64,000 nt of DNA from positions 14,520 through 78,519 of the forward strand of contig JAFKGK010000013.1 in assembly GCA_017307165.1 (NCBI GenBank), in the 5' to 3' direction. A program made the translations under genes and the position numbers. Source of the stretch: Candidatus Melainabacteria bacterium (GTDB lineage Bacteria; Cyanobacteriota; Vampirovibrionia; Obscuribacterales; Obscuribacteraceae). Below the pieces are notes generated by a model, which saw nothing but the letters and a program-made list of their open reading frames with translations, did not search any database and had not been told where the DNA came from. Each line of letters opens with the position of its first letter. Positions within the stretch are counted from its first letter, which is position 1. Below are positions 30,185 through 40,368 of this stretch, one piece after another.

Positions 30185-30944
30185 TTCAATTGTCCTGCAA
30201 ACTTGTTGGAGAGCAGACCAATAGTCATAACCACCTTGCCAAATGGACTGGCGGAGGCTGGACATGACTATTGGACCGGGGGTGAGGTTGATGGTAGAAA
30301 AAATTTCTGGGATGTCTAGATAATAAATTTGCTCTCTATAAAATCACTGCTTTTTGTTAAAGGGATGATTTAAACCTACCTGTGCAGGCGTGCCTTTCCA
30401 AATCTTGCCGACCTTGAGTTCGTCCCACTGCCATAATTGCGCTAATCTGCAAAATGCCCAGAGGGAGGGCATCTATGCATGGAGAAATACCCGGGTGCAA
30501 ATGCAGGGCAGCAGATTATGAGAGGCAACTCAAAAGGACATGGTTGCGCGACCTTCGCTAGCACTGGCATAGGCTCAGTTTTATTAGCCATGGCTCAGTA
30601 AACCCGCAAAGCCAACAATCACGTCAACTTGCATGGCTGGCGCACATAACGGTTCTTTACAAGCCTCCTCAAAGGCACCCTTATAAAACGCCTGATTGGC
30701 TAGTTTGTTTCTACATCCTTCCTTTTCACTGTCCACGAGCAAATCCCGCCTAGTTTTCACCCAACTCCACCACTGCATCTTTATCGCAAATTTTTCCCTC
30801 GGCCCCACCGTTGGAAAAAGCACGCGAATCAGATGGCAGCAAAGGATCGATTCGATCTTGTGGTGTCAGCTAGCGATAAGCTCGTGCGTGCGTCGAATGG
30901 ATATGGATGGTTTAACAACCGCTCAAATCGAAAGTAGATCAAAC

Positions 30945-33056
30945 ATGGACACAGTGCTCGGTTACCTTCCCACCGTCCTGCCGATCGTCATCGGCCTCGC
31001 AGTCGTCGCCTTTTTGGCACTCAAATTTGTCGTGAACGTCGGTCCGACCCAGATCGCGATCATCGAACGTCGTTACATGGGCAAAAAGCTCCCCGCCAAC
31101 CGTGCCTTCGCCATGCCCGGCGAGGTCGGCATCCAGGCCAAGTATCTCGACCCCGGCCTGCACTTTGTGTTCTGGCCCTTTACGGTCGTGATCAAGAAGG
31201 AAAACTTTGTCATCATCGGCGCCAACGAGCTCGGCGTCCTGACGGCCACCGACGGTGAAGCCATGCCCTCGGGCCGTGTCTTTGCCGAAGACGCCGCCGG
31301 CGAAAAGCACGGCAATTTCCAGGACCCGATCGGCTTCCTCGAGAACGGTGGTATCCGCGGTAAGCAGCTGCGCTTCCTGACCAACGGTACCTACAAGATT
31401 CACCCGTTCCTCTTTCAGGTCGCTCGCATCCAAAAGACGATGATCCCCGAAGGCTGCATCGGTGTCGTCACCGCTGCTGACGGTGCGTCGCTCGAAGAAG
31501 GCCAGCTGCTCGGCAAGCGCATCGCCGGCCACGACAACTTCCAGAAGGCCGAGGTCTTCCTCAAGCAGGGCGGCCAGAAGGGTCCGCAGATCGACTTCCT
31601 CAAGCCGGGTACCTACAACATCCACACCGACATGCTCAAGATCGAGCAAAAGCAGGCGGTGCAGGTGCGCGAAAACGAGGTCGGCATCGTCGACTCCAAG
31701 GCCGGCCAGCCCATGGGCAAGGATGACGTCGTCGCCGAGACGCCGGACCTCCTGCTGCACTCGTCCTTCCAGGACGGCCAGGCCTTCCTCGACAACGGCG
31801 GCAAGCGCGGCCCGCAGGTCATGCCGCTGCGGCCCGGTACGTACTACATCAACCCCTACCTGTTCTCGGTGGTGATGAAGCCCCAGACGGTGATCAAGCA
31901 GGGCGAGGTCGGCGTGCTGATCTCGCATGTCGGCAAGGACCCGGCGGCCCTCAACGGCGAAAACAAGGTCCCTGGCACCGGCCCGGTTTCGACTGGCGCC
32001 GAGGATCCCGAAGAGTCGCGTCATGACTCTGGCGTCCGCGGCCGTCACGTTGTGCCCGAAGGCTTCCGCGGCATCCAGATGAACGTCCTGATGCCCGGCA
32101 ACTACAACATCAACCCGCTGGCCTACACGGTGATCAAGGTCCCGACGACGACCCGTTCGATCGAATGGTCCGAAAACCAGACCTCGGGCGACTTCAACCC
32201 CTTCTCGGTCGTCTCCAACGACGGCTTCGAGATGCAGGTCGAAGTGCGCTGCCAGTATCGCATCCTGCCGGAAAACGCACCGTATGTGGTGCAGAAGCTC
32301 GGCTCGATCGAAGAGCTCGAAAAGAACGTCCTGCATCCGCAGATCGACGGGATCTTTCGGGCGCAGGTGTCCAAGTCGCCGGCGATCAAGTACCAGCAGG
32401 AGCGCGCCAACGAGCAGACCGACGCCGAGACCGCGGTGCGCACCGACCTCGACCGCTACAAGGTCGAGATCGTCTCGGTCATGATCTGCAACATCAAGCT
32501 CCCGCAGGAGCTGATGCACACCACCCAGGAGCGCAACCTGGCCCAGCAGCGTGAGCAGATGTACACTGCTCAGGAAGCCGCCGAGAACAAGCGCATCTCC
32601 TTTGCCAAGAAAAAGGCCGAGGCCGACCAGCAGCCCGCCATCATCGCGGCGCAGTCGGGCATCGAGATCGCTCGCCACGAAGCCTCGCAGATGGAAGAGC
32701 GCGCCAAGGGTACGGCAAAGCAGATCGAGATCGAAGCCACCGCTACCGCCGGCCGCGTCAAGCAGATCGGAGATGCCGAAGCCTCGGTCATCGAGTCCAA
32801 GGGCGCCGCGACCGCCAAGGCCTACGCCGAGCAGGGTGCTGCCCTGACTCCGGAAGGCCTGACCGTCATCGAGATCATGCGCATGGTCTCCGAGGGCAAG
32901 GTCAAGATCGTCCCCGATGTCGTCGCCGGTGGTGGCAACTCGGGCGGCGGCATGGTCGACCTCCTGCTCGCCGATATGGTGCAGCGCAGCCGCGAGCCCA
33001 AGGCTCCGTCGCTGTCGGCTGCTCCGGCTCCGGCCAAGGCGGACGAGACCAAGTAA
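30945..33056 (+). CDS. Flotillin-like SPFH/band-7 protein (YqiK-like)
   Basis: It has an N-terminal TM segment (VLGYLPTVLPIVIGLAVVAFLALKFV) and an SPFH core. The C-terminus has a flotillin-type E/A/Q-rich coiled coil (AQQREQMYTAQEAAENKRISFAKKKAEADQQ...IEIEATATAGRVKQIG). The start could instead be 30897 or 30903. Confidence 0.75.
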   Translation: MDTVLGYLPTVLPIVIGLAVVAFLALKFVVNVGPTQIAIIERRYMGKKLPANRAFAMPGEVGIQAKYLDPGLHFVFWPFTVVIKKENFVIIGANELGVLTATDGEAMPSGRVFAEDAAGEKHGNFQDPIGFLENGGIRGKQLRFLTNGTYKIHPFLFQVARIQKTMIPEGCIGVVTAADGASLEEGQLLGKRIAGHDNFQKAEVFLKQGGQKGPQIDFLKPGTYNIHTDMLKIEQKQAVQVRENEVGIVDSKAGQPMGKDDVVAETPDLLLHSSFQDGQAFLDNGGKRGPQVMPLRPGTYYINPYLFSVVMKPQTVIKQGEVGVLISHVGKDPAALNGENKVPGTGPVSTGAEDPEESRHDSGVRGRHVVPEGFRGIQMNVLMPGNYNINPLAYTVIKVPTTTRSIEWSENQTSGDFNPFSVVSNDGFEMQVEVRCQYRILPENAPYVVQKLGSIEELEKNVLHPQIDGIFRAQVSKSPAIKYQQERANEQTDAETAVRTDLDRYKVEIVSVMICNIKLPQELMHTTQERNLAQQREQMYTAQEAAENKRISFAKKKAEADQQPAIIAAQSGIEIARHEASQMEERAKGTAKQIEIEATATAGRVKQIGDAEASVIESKGAATAKAYAEQGAALTPEGLTVIEIMRMVSEGKVKIVPDVVAGGGNSGGGMVDLLLADMVQRSREPKAPSLSAAPAPAKADETK

Positions 33057-33164
33057 CTAAGTAGAACGGGGGTCGATCGTCATTGACGGTCGGCCCTCGT
33101 TTCTTTTTTGGGAATGCATACGCACCCCAGTAGTAAGTAAGGTTTAAAGAAAAAGGATCAAAGA

Positions 33165-34190
33165 ATGAAGACAACCATTATAGTGATCGTCCTGATCGTC
33201 GCTGTAATTGTCATCGCCAAGATCATCGCCACCAGGCGTGCTCGCAAAAAGGCTGAGGCTGAGGCGTCCGCCGGCTCCGGCAACAAGGGTGGCAATATCT
33301 TTGCGGCGGCCTCCGGCACCACCGGCGATGCCGCCTCCCAGTCCAACGCAGCGTCGGCCTCGCTCCTCGAGCTTCAGGCGGAGCCTGCCCCTGAGCCCGA
33401 ACCGGAGCCCGAACCGACCGTGACAGATCTCATAAAAGAAGCAGACGAACATCTCGCGCAATTTGCCTACGACGATGCGGCCGACTCTCTCGAATCCGCG
33501 CTCGAACTCGCCATCCAGAACGATGGTGCCGACTCGATCGTGGTCGCGCAGATCCTGCTCAAATTGCAGCAAGCCCTGCAATCGCGCGACAACGACGACG
33601 AAGAAAGCATCGAGAGCCTCGAAGGCCGCCGCGCTCTCGCCATCATCGTCGGCGCGCACGGGCCGTTTTCGGCTGAGGCCAAGCCGGCTATCGAACGCGT
33701 GATCTCGTGCTACTTGCTGCTCGGCAAGCAGAGCGAGGCCGATGCGCTGATGCGACGTCATCGTCAGATCGACGATATCGCGTCGCTGTATGCCGACTCG
33801 CCGCGCGACTTTGTGCTCGGCTTTGGCATCGCGTTTGGCGAAAGTCCCGACACCGATGCCGATGACGCCATCTCGTCCCTAGACGATCTGATCAATACGA
33901 TCAGGCAGGACAAGGGTCGCGAAGCAGTCGAGCTCATCGAGCCCCTGCGCCGTCTCGGTCGTGCTACCCAGGCGCGCGACTGGCGTGATACCAACAGCGA
34001 TGGCGAGACCTATACCGATCCGGCGACGCTGTTTCAGCTCGCGCTGTCGATCGCCTATTTGCAGTATGGCCCTACCGACCGGCGCCTGGTGCCGATCTAC
34101 AACGATCTGGCGGCCTTTTGGGATCAGGCGGGCGATCACTTTAAGGCGGATGGATACGTCAATCAGATCCGCTCCATTTTGACCGCTTAG
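33165..34190 (+). CDS. Membrane-anchored helical (TPR-like) protein of unknown function
   Basis: It has an N-terminal TM segment (IIVIVLIVAVIVIAKII), a (EP)n linker and an acidic helical body. An RBS (aaaaaggat) precedes the start. It lies immediately downstream of the flotillin gene. Confidence 0.4.
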   Translation: MKTTIIVIVLIVAVIVIAKIIATRRARKKAEAEASAGSGNKGGNIFAAASGTTGDAASQSNAASASLLELQAEPAPEPEPEPEPTVTDLIKEADEHLAQFAYDDAADSLESALELAIQNDGADSIVVAQILLKLQQALQSRDNDDEESIESLEGRRALAIIVGAHGPFSAEAKPAIERVISCYLLLGKQSEADALMRRHRQIDDIASLYADSPRDFVLGFGIAFGESPDTDADDAISSLDDLINTIRQDKGREAVELIEPLRRLGRATQARDWRDTNSDGETYTDPATLFQLALSIAYLQYGPTDRRLVPIYNDLAAFWDQAGDHFKADGYVNQIRSILTA

Positions 34191-34493
34191 CTTTGACTAT
34201 GGCTTAAGTTTAGGGCCGGGATGACGATAGACCCAATGATCCGCACCGCTGTGCTTACGCAAGGCGGCGCTCAATCATTGGGTCTACTCGTCAATCTGAC
34301 AAAAAAATTTTGCGTGTAGAGCAAAGCGACGCGTTTTTTTAAAAACCCAATTCGGAGTAGACCGGTCTAATACATGCGACATTTCTTGTCGCGATGTCCT
34401 TGCTGAGGCACGCAGATTGGATGTGAAAGTGCCCAGGTTGGAGAGTGCGGCCATGCTGTTTGAAGCGGGCTAAATAGCTCAAGGAGTGGATGA

Positions 34494-35021
34494 TCAATCA
34501 ACCAGGATTTGGAAAGGCGAATGCCACTCCGGATACTCGACACTGCTGCCGATTATCTGAGGGTGTCGCATCTGAGCAAAATGCAATGTACGAGAGACTA
34601 AGGCCATTCGTTTTCGCATCTCGACATTTGATATCTCGGTCTCCGGCCGCAATATAAACTGGTACTCCTGTCGAGGGCTCAATCTCCTGGCGTGCGAAGA
34701 CTTTATCTCCTCATCAATATACTGTTCAAATTTGTCTATAGTCATCGTAGAAGGCAAGGACATCATCTCCAGCGAGACTGCGAGCAGAGGCTGATGATCA
34801 AAGGTCATCAATCCTTTTGGATAAAGCGCGTCATTGATTTTTTGATCTATTGCCGAGACTGGCCGAGGAGGCACAAACAAAAAGCATACTGCCATAACTA
34901 TGGTGGCAGCAAAAGCGATTTTAGCCAGCTTGTCGTATCGAACCACGGCTCGTAACCTCGCTAACACCGACCCTACCCTTACTTTGCGATTCAAAAATAA
35001 TTTTGGCAAGGGTGACTTCAC
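34494..35021 (-). CDS. Hypothetical membrane protein (low-GC island)
   Basis: A 175-aa ORF with one TM segment (IAFAATIVMAVCFLFV) in an AT-rich region. I recognise no family. Confidence 0.3.
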   Translation of the reverse strand: MKSPLPKLFLNRKVRVGSVLARLRAVVRYDKLAKIAFAATIVMAVCFLFVPPRPVSAIDQKINDALYPKGLMTFDHQPLLAVSLEMMSLPSTMTIDKFEQYIDEEIKSSHARRLSPRQEYQFILRPETEISNVEMRKRMALVSRTLHFAQMRHPQIIGSSVEYPEWHSPFQILVD

Positions 35022-35077
35022 GAGTTAAAGTGGTGGTAGACCGCAGTTTTTGTATGCCAATCAATAGGACCATCGTG

Positions 35078-35962
35078 ATGCGCGATCATTTTAAATATGG
35101 GCTGTTACTCTCGGCAGCACTAACAGTCACACTAGCCAATATGTCCTTCCTATCAGCCTTTGCCAGGGTAGAAGGAGCCAAATCAGCAAACGCTATCGCA
35201 CAAAAGCTTCTCAAGGTCGACAAAGATATCACGGTAACAGAATCTATCAGGATCGCAAATGCTCGCAGTTTAGGACTACCCGACGCCGCAAGCCTGGTCA
35301 TGATCGAAAACACAGCCTGGCATAAACATGCTGACCAACAAGCACAAATCTATGGATGGCCCATTGGCCTTGACAAACAAGACTTTGCAAAGCTAACCGA
35401 AAAACAAAAAAGAGACGATCTTTGTCGAAGAGCAAATTTGCCAGACTCAGCAACTGACGCCCAAATAGAAGACGCAAGTCGAAACCTAAAAGATCAACAA
35501 AAAAAGCTAATGGCCGAAGAACAGGCGATACAACACAAGAATCTCCCAGTAGACCTTGAAAATAAAGCCTATGTTTCAGTCATGCAAAAACAAAAAGAGT
35601 TAAACCGACCAGGTGCTGCACGAATGGCAGGATTACCACCATCTGCGACCTGGCAGCAAATCAAATCAAAGCAGCAAGACGATCTAATTCAACAACTAAA
35701 GAGGAAATACGGCTTATCAAAATCAGTGAGCCAAGAGCAGCTCAATCTTGCCATTAAAAACCATTTGGATCGAGAGAAAATTGAAATGGCCCGCCGCATT
35801 TTAAAGGCGCCAAAAACGCAGTCGGACTCGGAGATTTGGACTCAAATGCAAATATTAGCCAAGGCGTTGGGCTACTCGAAAGACGCAGCAATTCATTCGG
35901 AAGGTGAGATTTTCACAGCAGAGGATCTTTTTACTCAAATAACCCAAAGCAACGCAAAGTGA
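35078..35962 (+). CDS. Hypothetical secreted protein, K/Q-rich
   Basis: The start at MRDHFKYGLLLSAALTVTLANMSFLSAFA gives a signal peptide. I recognise no family. Confidence 0.35.
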   Translation: MRDHFKYGLLLSAALTVTLANMSFLSAFARVEGAKSANAIAQKLLKVDKDITVTESIRIANARSLGLPDAASLVMIENTAWHKHADQQAQIYGWPIGLDKQDFAKLTEKQKRDDLCRRANLPDSATDAQIEDASRNLKDQQKKLMAEEQAIQHKNLPVDLENKAYVSVMQKQKELNRPGAARMAGLPPSATWQQIKSKQQDDLIQQLKRKYGLSKSVSQEQLNLAIKNHLDREKIEMARRILKAPKTQSDSEIWTQMQILAKALGYSKDAAIHSEGEIFTAEDLFTQITQSNAK

Positions 35963-37161
35963 AATCAGCTCTCCAAAAAACCAAGCTCTTGTTCGTATCA
36001 GCGCTGCTGGCGATAGTCGGCTCCGCCGTTTCGACAAATCATGCAGATTCTAAATTTGCTTATTTTGATAGACAAAGAACCGGCCTCACCTATGGTTTCA
36101 TCGACAAGACTGGTCGTTTCATCATCCCACCAAAATTCTCAAAGGCATCGAGTTTCGATGCCACAGGCATTGCATTGGTCGAGATAAAATCCACAGCCGA
36201 CAAAAATTGGTACACTAGCAAATTGATCGACACGAACGGCCGCATGGCCCCAGGCTCCGATGAGATCGATGTTTTGAGTCTACCCAAGCAGTCCCTGGCA
36301 GTATGTCGCTGGAAAGATAAAGCTGAGAGCTCAAAAAAACCATTACGAAAGGGTTTCACGTACTGCACGGCTGATGGAAAAATCTTTAAACGAGATTTCC
36401 AATCAGCTGAAGATTTTGGTGAAGGTCTTGCCATAGCCACAACAGGCGGCTTGACTGGCTTTGTGCATAGCGACGAGACTTTTCAGCCTATACAAACACT
36501 GACTGGCTGCGATGCTTTAGGGGCTTTCGCCGACGGAGTAGCGCCTGTTCGTCAGCATGGCAAAAGCGGATACATCGATAAAAGAGGCAACTGGCACATC
36601 GAGCCGATTTTCAGAGACGCACAGGTCTTCAGCAAGGGCTTGGCCAGGGTGCAACACATGTTCTCCGCTGGCAGCATAGTCGATCACCGGCTGTTACCAA
36701 ACTCAATTAGATGGGGCCTGATAGATACTAAGGGGAAATGGGTGGTAACTCCTTGCTATTTAGAAATTGGCCCTCTTAAAGAAGGCTTGCAATACTTTCG
36801 TGATGGAGACTTGATGGGTTTTATGGACGAAACTGGAAAGATTGCAATCCCTGCCAAATATAGCCAGGCTGGATCTTTTTCAGAAGGTCTCGCACCGGTA
36901 TGCTTGCAAGACTCGCGCACCTTGGTCTTTATAGATCGAACAGGCAAAATCATCTTGAGTCGTGACTTAAAGGATCCCGTGCGGATTACCGATGAGTGGC
37001 CGACCTTTAGGCAAGGTCTCTGCGCAATGTACCAGAAGTATAAAAGCGAGTCTAGATGGGGGTTTATAGACAAGAAAAACCAATGGAAGATTAAGCCGAT
37101 GTTTAATGAGGTCAAATCATTCTCGGGGAAATACGCGGTGGCGGGAGTCAAATCCAGGTAG
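35959..37161 (+). CDS. WG-containing (KWG-type) repeat protein, secreted
   Basis: It has a signal peptide and seven repeats of the pattern GFIDKTGRFIIPPKF...F.EGLA (for example GYIDKRGNWHIEPIF..FSKGLARV; GFMDETGKIAIPAKY..FSEGLAPV). Confidence 0.7.
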   Translation: MKSALQKTKLLFVSALLAIVGSAVSTNHADSKFAYFDRQRTGLTYGFIDKTGRFIIPPKFSKASSFDATGIALVEIKSTADKNWYTSKLIDTNGRMAPGSDEIDVLSLPKQSLAVCRWKDKAESSKKPLRKGFTYCTADGKIFKRDFQSAEDFGEGLAIATTGGLTGFVHSDETFQPIQTLTGCDALGAFADGVAPVRQHGKSGYIDKRGNWHIEPIFRDAQVFSKGLARVQHMFSAGSIVDHRLLPNSIRWGLIDTKGKWVVTPCYLEIGPLKEGLQYFRDGDLMGFMDETGKIAIPAKYSQAGSFSEGLAPVCLQDSRTLVFIDRTGKIILSRDLKDPVRITDEWPTFRQGLCAMYQKYKSESRWGFIDKKNQWKIKPMFNEVKSFSGKYAVAGVKSR

Positions 37162-37295
37162 ACAAAATCGGGAATCTGAGCCATTTACGGAGCAAGCGCA
37201 CCTGCGCCTCAAGGTCTAAATCCATATGGATAACTAACGATATGACCTTCTTTGGGTTCAAATTCTGGCTTAGGTCGATCGATGGCATATTTTTG

Positions 37296-38170
37296 GGCTC
37301 TGTTGCAAAAATTTTTGGACACGAAATACGGTTACCTTTCCGTCGGCAGTGCCTCATATAGTGAGTGCCAGAACTCACGAGATGCCTCGTCGTCTTCGAT
37401 TCCGAAAACCTTTTCTACCAGGTAGACTTCTCCTTTGACTCCTGGGAAGCGCTGCCAGGCGCGAAGCTGGCCCTTTCGAAACATCCGCATGACCTCAAAT
37501 CCCTTAATGGTCGCATACGCTGTTTTCATCGTTTTAAATCCTCGCACCGGATAAATCAGACGCTTGAGCTTGCCATGATCGGCTTCCAGACCGTTATTCA
37601 AGTATTTGACTTGTCGATGCAGTATGTTCGGGTCGCACTTACCGGCAAGTTTCATTTCCTTGAGAGCCACACCGTATGAAGGGTTCTTGTCTGTATTGAT
37701 TGTGTGTGGGCTATCGGCCAACTTCATTTTTCGAATGGCTTTGCTAAGAAAACGCTTTGCCATAGCCGTGCTTCGAGTGGGCGACAAGAAGAAATCAATT
37801 GTGTCTCCGTCTTTGGATATCGCTCGATACAGGTATTTCCAGTCCCCGCCCACCTTGATGTATGTCTCGTCAACGTGCCAGGTGCCGCTAATTGCTGGGC
37901 GATAGCGCCAACGCAGCCGCTTTTCGAGTTCCGGTCCATAGTGTTGCACCCACCGGTATATTGTGGTGTGGTCAACTTCGATGCCTCGCTCTCGCATTAT
38001 TTCTTCGAGGTCTCGGTAGCTGAGACCGTACTTGCAGTACCAGCGAACACATTGCAAAATGGTCTCGCCTTTGAAGTGCCGCCATTTAAAATCGCTCATG
38101 CTTCCTCCTTTCAATGAGACTGGATGCCCGGGCGGGGTATTATTTCGCAGAATGGTAGATATGCGAAGTT
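37296..38170 (-). mobile_element. IS6-family element; one terminal IR identified, other end not found
   Basis: An IS26-like terminal repeat (ggctctgttgcaaa) sits at 37296..37309, 22 bp past the transposase stop. No matching inverted copy was found upstream of the transposase start. The element may therefore be 5'-truncated or rearranged against the adjacent integrase remnant. Confidence 0.5.
37332..38099 (-). CDS. IS6-family (IS26/IS257-like) transposase
   Basis: MSDFKWRHFKGETILQCVRWYCKYGLSYRDLEEIMRERGIEVDHTTIYRWVQHY..DETYIKV..KTMKTAYATIKGFEVMRMFRKGQ is collinear with IS26 Tnp26. Confidence 0.85.
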   Translation of the reverse strand: MSDFKWRHFKGETILQCVRWYCKYGLSYRDLEEIMRERGIEVDHTTIYRWVQHYGPELEKRLRWRYRPAISGTWHVDETYIKVGGDWKYLYRAISKDGDTIDFFLSPTRSTAMAKRFLSKAIRKMKLADSPHTINTDKNPSYGVALKEMKLAGKCDPNILHRQVKYLNNGLEADHGKLKRLIYPVRGFKTMKTAYATIKGFEVMRMFRKGQLRAWQRFPGVKGEVYLVEKVFGIEDDEASREFWHSLYEALPTER

Positions 38171-38191
38171 AAATCGCCGAAAGAAGGGTTA

Positions 38192-38868
38192 ATGCCTGCG
38201 CGCGCATCTAAAAAACCGGCCAGTTTCGCACCATCAAAAGGAAATGCGAAATCGGAGGCCGTCAAGAAAATTCTTCGTATCGCCAGGCAGCACCGCCTGG
38301 GCTATGACGATTTTGTGCAAGTCTGCCAACAAGTCCGGATCAAATTGAATTTGAGAAAGCCCAAGAAAGAGCGGCGGCTTCCAGAGCTGTTGCCGCCGGC
38401 AGAGCTAAAGAAATTTTTCAAAGCGGTCCAGAAGTGCGGCGATTTGCAGCACGAACTGATGCTCAAGCTGCTGTTATACACTGCCGTGCGAGTCAGCGAG
38501 TTAGTCAATATCCGTGTGAGCGATCTGGACCTAGAAGCCTGCAAGATCTTCATCGACAGCGGGAAGGGAAACAAAGACCGATATATTCTTTTTCCAGCGA
38601 GTTTCCGACTAGCACTGAAAAGCTTTGTGGAAGCCCGGCCGCAGAATGTATCTCTTCGAGTCTCGTTTGAATCAACCCTACACTACCAGGCGTATTCAGC
38701 AAATAGTGCGGCTTTACACCGATGAAGCCGGTCTTGAGCTCTGATTCCAAGCTCCAGCTCATTTCCGGCCATGAAAGCCGCAAGAGCTTGGAGTTGTATC
38801 AGCACTTATCGCTTGAATCTGTTGAAGCCGAATATCAGCAAGCAGTCCGACTTTTGGATGTCTAGAAG
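38192..38868 (+). pseudogene. Tyrosine recombinase/integrase remnant (frameshifted, internal deletion)
   Basis: The N-terminal part (LLLYTAVRVSELVNIRVSDLDLEACKIFIDSGKGNKDRYILFP) is the integrase catalytic-domain start. The frame breaks near 38680 (RRIQQIVRLYTDEAGLEL* in frame +1). The C-terminal block (LQLISGHESRKSLELYQHLSLESVEAEYQQAVRLLDV*) lies in a third frame. The H-x-x-R segment between them is missing. Confidence 0.55.
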
Positions 38869-38878
38869 CAAGCTGCTC

Positions 38879-39946
38879 TCACCGAGTTTCATACCAAGCT
38901 TTGCTTGAATTCACGATTTTGACGACCGACAACATAACCGGCACTTCGATCAGAACACCCACAACAGTGGCCAGGGCGGCGCCGGAATTGAAGCCAAATA
39001 GGCTTATGGCCGTGGCTACCGCCAACTCGAAGAAGTTGCTGGCGCCGATCAATGCGGACGGGCAAGCTACGGAGTGCGCGACGCCGAGGCGCTTGTTTAG
39101 CAGGTATGCAAGGGCCGAATTGAAATAGACCTGAATCAGGATCGGTACAGCCAGGATGGCGATGACCATGGGCTGCCTGATGATAGCGTCACCCTGGAAG
39201 CCAAACAATAAAACCAGCGTCGTTAACAGTGCAAGCAACGACAGCGGATGCAATTTGTCTAGCACGCCTTCCAGCGCTTGAGGACCGGCTTTGAGCAAAG
39301 CACCGCGCCACAGTTGTGACAGCAAGACCGGTACAACGATATAGAGTCCCACCGAAATTAAGAGAGTTTCCCATGGCACAGTTATTGATGAAAGCCCCAG
39401 AAGAAGCCCGACTATGGGCGCAAACGCAAAGACCATGATGAGGTCATTTACTGCAACCTGGCTGAGCGTAAAGTATGGATCGCCTTTTGTTAGTTGACTC
39501 CAGACAAACACCATAGCGGTACAGGGAGCCGCTGCCAGGATGATCAGACCAGCTATGTAGCTATCAATTTGTGCGGCTGGTAGGTACGGTGCAAAGACAT
39601 GTTTGATGAAAATGAAGCCTAAGAAAGCCATGGAGAATGGCTTAATAGCCCAGTTTATAAAGAGTGTCACGCCCATTCCGCGCCAATGTTGTTTCACCTG
39701 GTCGATTGCTTTGAAGTCAATTTTCAAAAGCATCGGGATAATCATGACCCAGATGAGAAGCCCCACGGGCAGGTTAACGCGGGCGATCTCCATCGCACCA
39801 ATCGCTTTGAAAACTCCAGGCATTAGCTGACCAAGAAGGACACCGGCACCAATGCACAGGAACACCCACAACGTAAGCCACCGCTCGAAAAAGCCTATGC
39901 TCGGCTCGTTGTCGGTTAGTTTTGGAGTCGCTATCTGGGAAGTCAT
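38879..39946 (-). CDS. acr3: Arsenite efflux permease, ACR3 family
   Basis: A 355-aa protein whose N-terminal block (FFERWLTLWVFLCIGAGVLLG) is ACR3-typical. It has about 10 TM segments. Confidence 0.85.
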   Translation of the reverse strand: MTSQIATPKLTDNEPSIGFFERWLTLWVFLCIGAGVLLGQLMPGVFKAIGAMEIARVNLPVGLLIWVMIIPMLLKIDFKAIDQVKQHWRGMGVTLFINWAIKPFSMAFLGFIFIKHVFAPYLPAAQIDSYIAGLIILAAAPCTAMVFVWSQLTKGDPYFTLSQVAVNDLIMVFAFAPIVGLLLGLSSITVPWETLLISVGLYIVVPVLLSQLWRGALLKAGPQALEGVLDKLHPLSLLALLTTLVLLFGFQGDAIIRQPMVIAILAVPILIQVYFNSALAYLLNKRLGVAHSVACPSALIGASNFFELAVATAISLFGFNSGAALATVVGVLIEVPVMLSVVKIVNSSKAWYETR

Positions 39947-39948
39947 TT

Positions 39949-40368
39949 TTACACCTGCACTGGATCAGCACAGCAGTTTGTCGCGTTCAAGCCCTGTAGA
40001 AGCTTGAGCACGCGCGTTCTTATCTCGTCTCGGATTTGGCACACTTCATCGTCAGACTTGCCTTTTGGATCTGGCAAAGGCCAATCATCGCGCTTCAGAC
40101 CGGGCACAAAGGGACAGGCTTCGCCACATCCCATGGTTACAAGTAGGTCGGCGCCGGCCGCTAGTTCGTCTGTCAGAAGCTGGGGCCTAACGTTTGCCAA
40201 GTCGATCCCGGCTTGTTTCATGGCATGCAGAACACAGTCATGAACTTTGTCGGCCGGTTGCGTTCCGGCTGACACTGCCTGAGCTTTTGCCGGGTCGGCA
40301 AACTGATTGAAAAAGGCGGCCGCCATCTGTGAGCGTCCTGCATTGTGTACGCAGGCGAATATTACTTT
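39949..40368 (-). CDS. arsC: Arsenate reductase, LMW-PTP (thioredoxin-coupled) type, with extra C-terminal CC tail
   Basis: It has a CX5R P-loop (CVHNAGRSQMA) and a GCGEACP region, and ends ..NATNCCADPVQV. The start MKVIF at 40368 overlaps the upstream stop (ATGA). Confidence 0.8.
   Translation of the reverse strand, partial: KVIFACVHNAGRSQMAAAFFNQFADPAKAQAVSAGTQPADKVHDCVLHAMKQAGIDLANVRPQLLTDELAAGADLLVTMGCGEACPFVPGLKRDDWPLPDPKGKSDDEVCQIRDEIRTRVLKLLQGLNATNCCADPVQV

Noticed and set aside
37240-37270. tRNA-like T-arm (gggttcaaattc) next to the IS6 end, possible tRNA-derived att site
   Set aside because: No acceptor-stem or anticodon-arm pairing can be built around it. It is probably a chance match.
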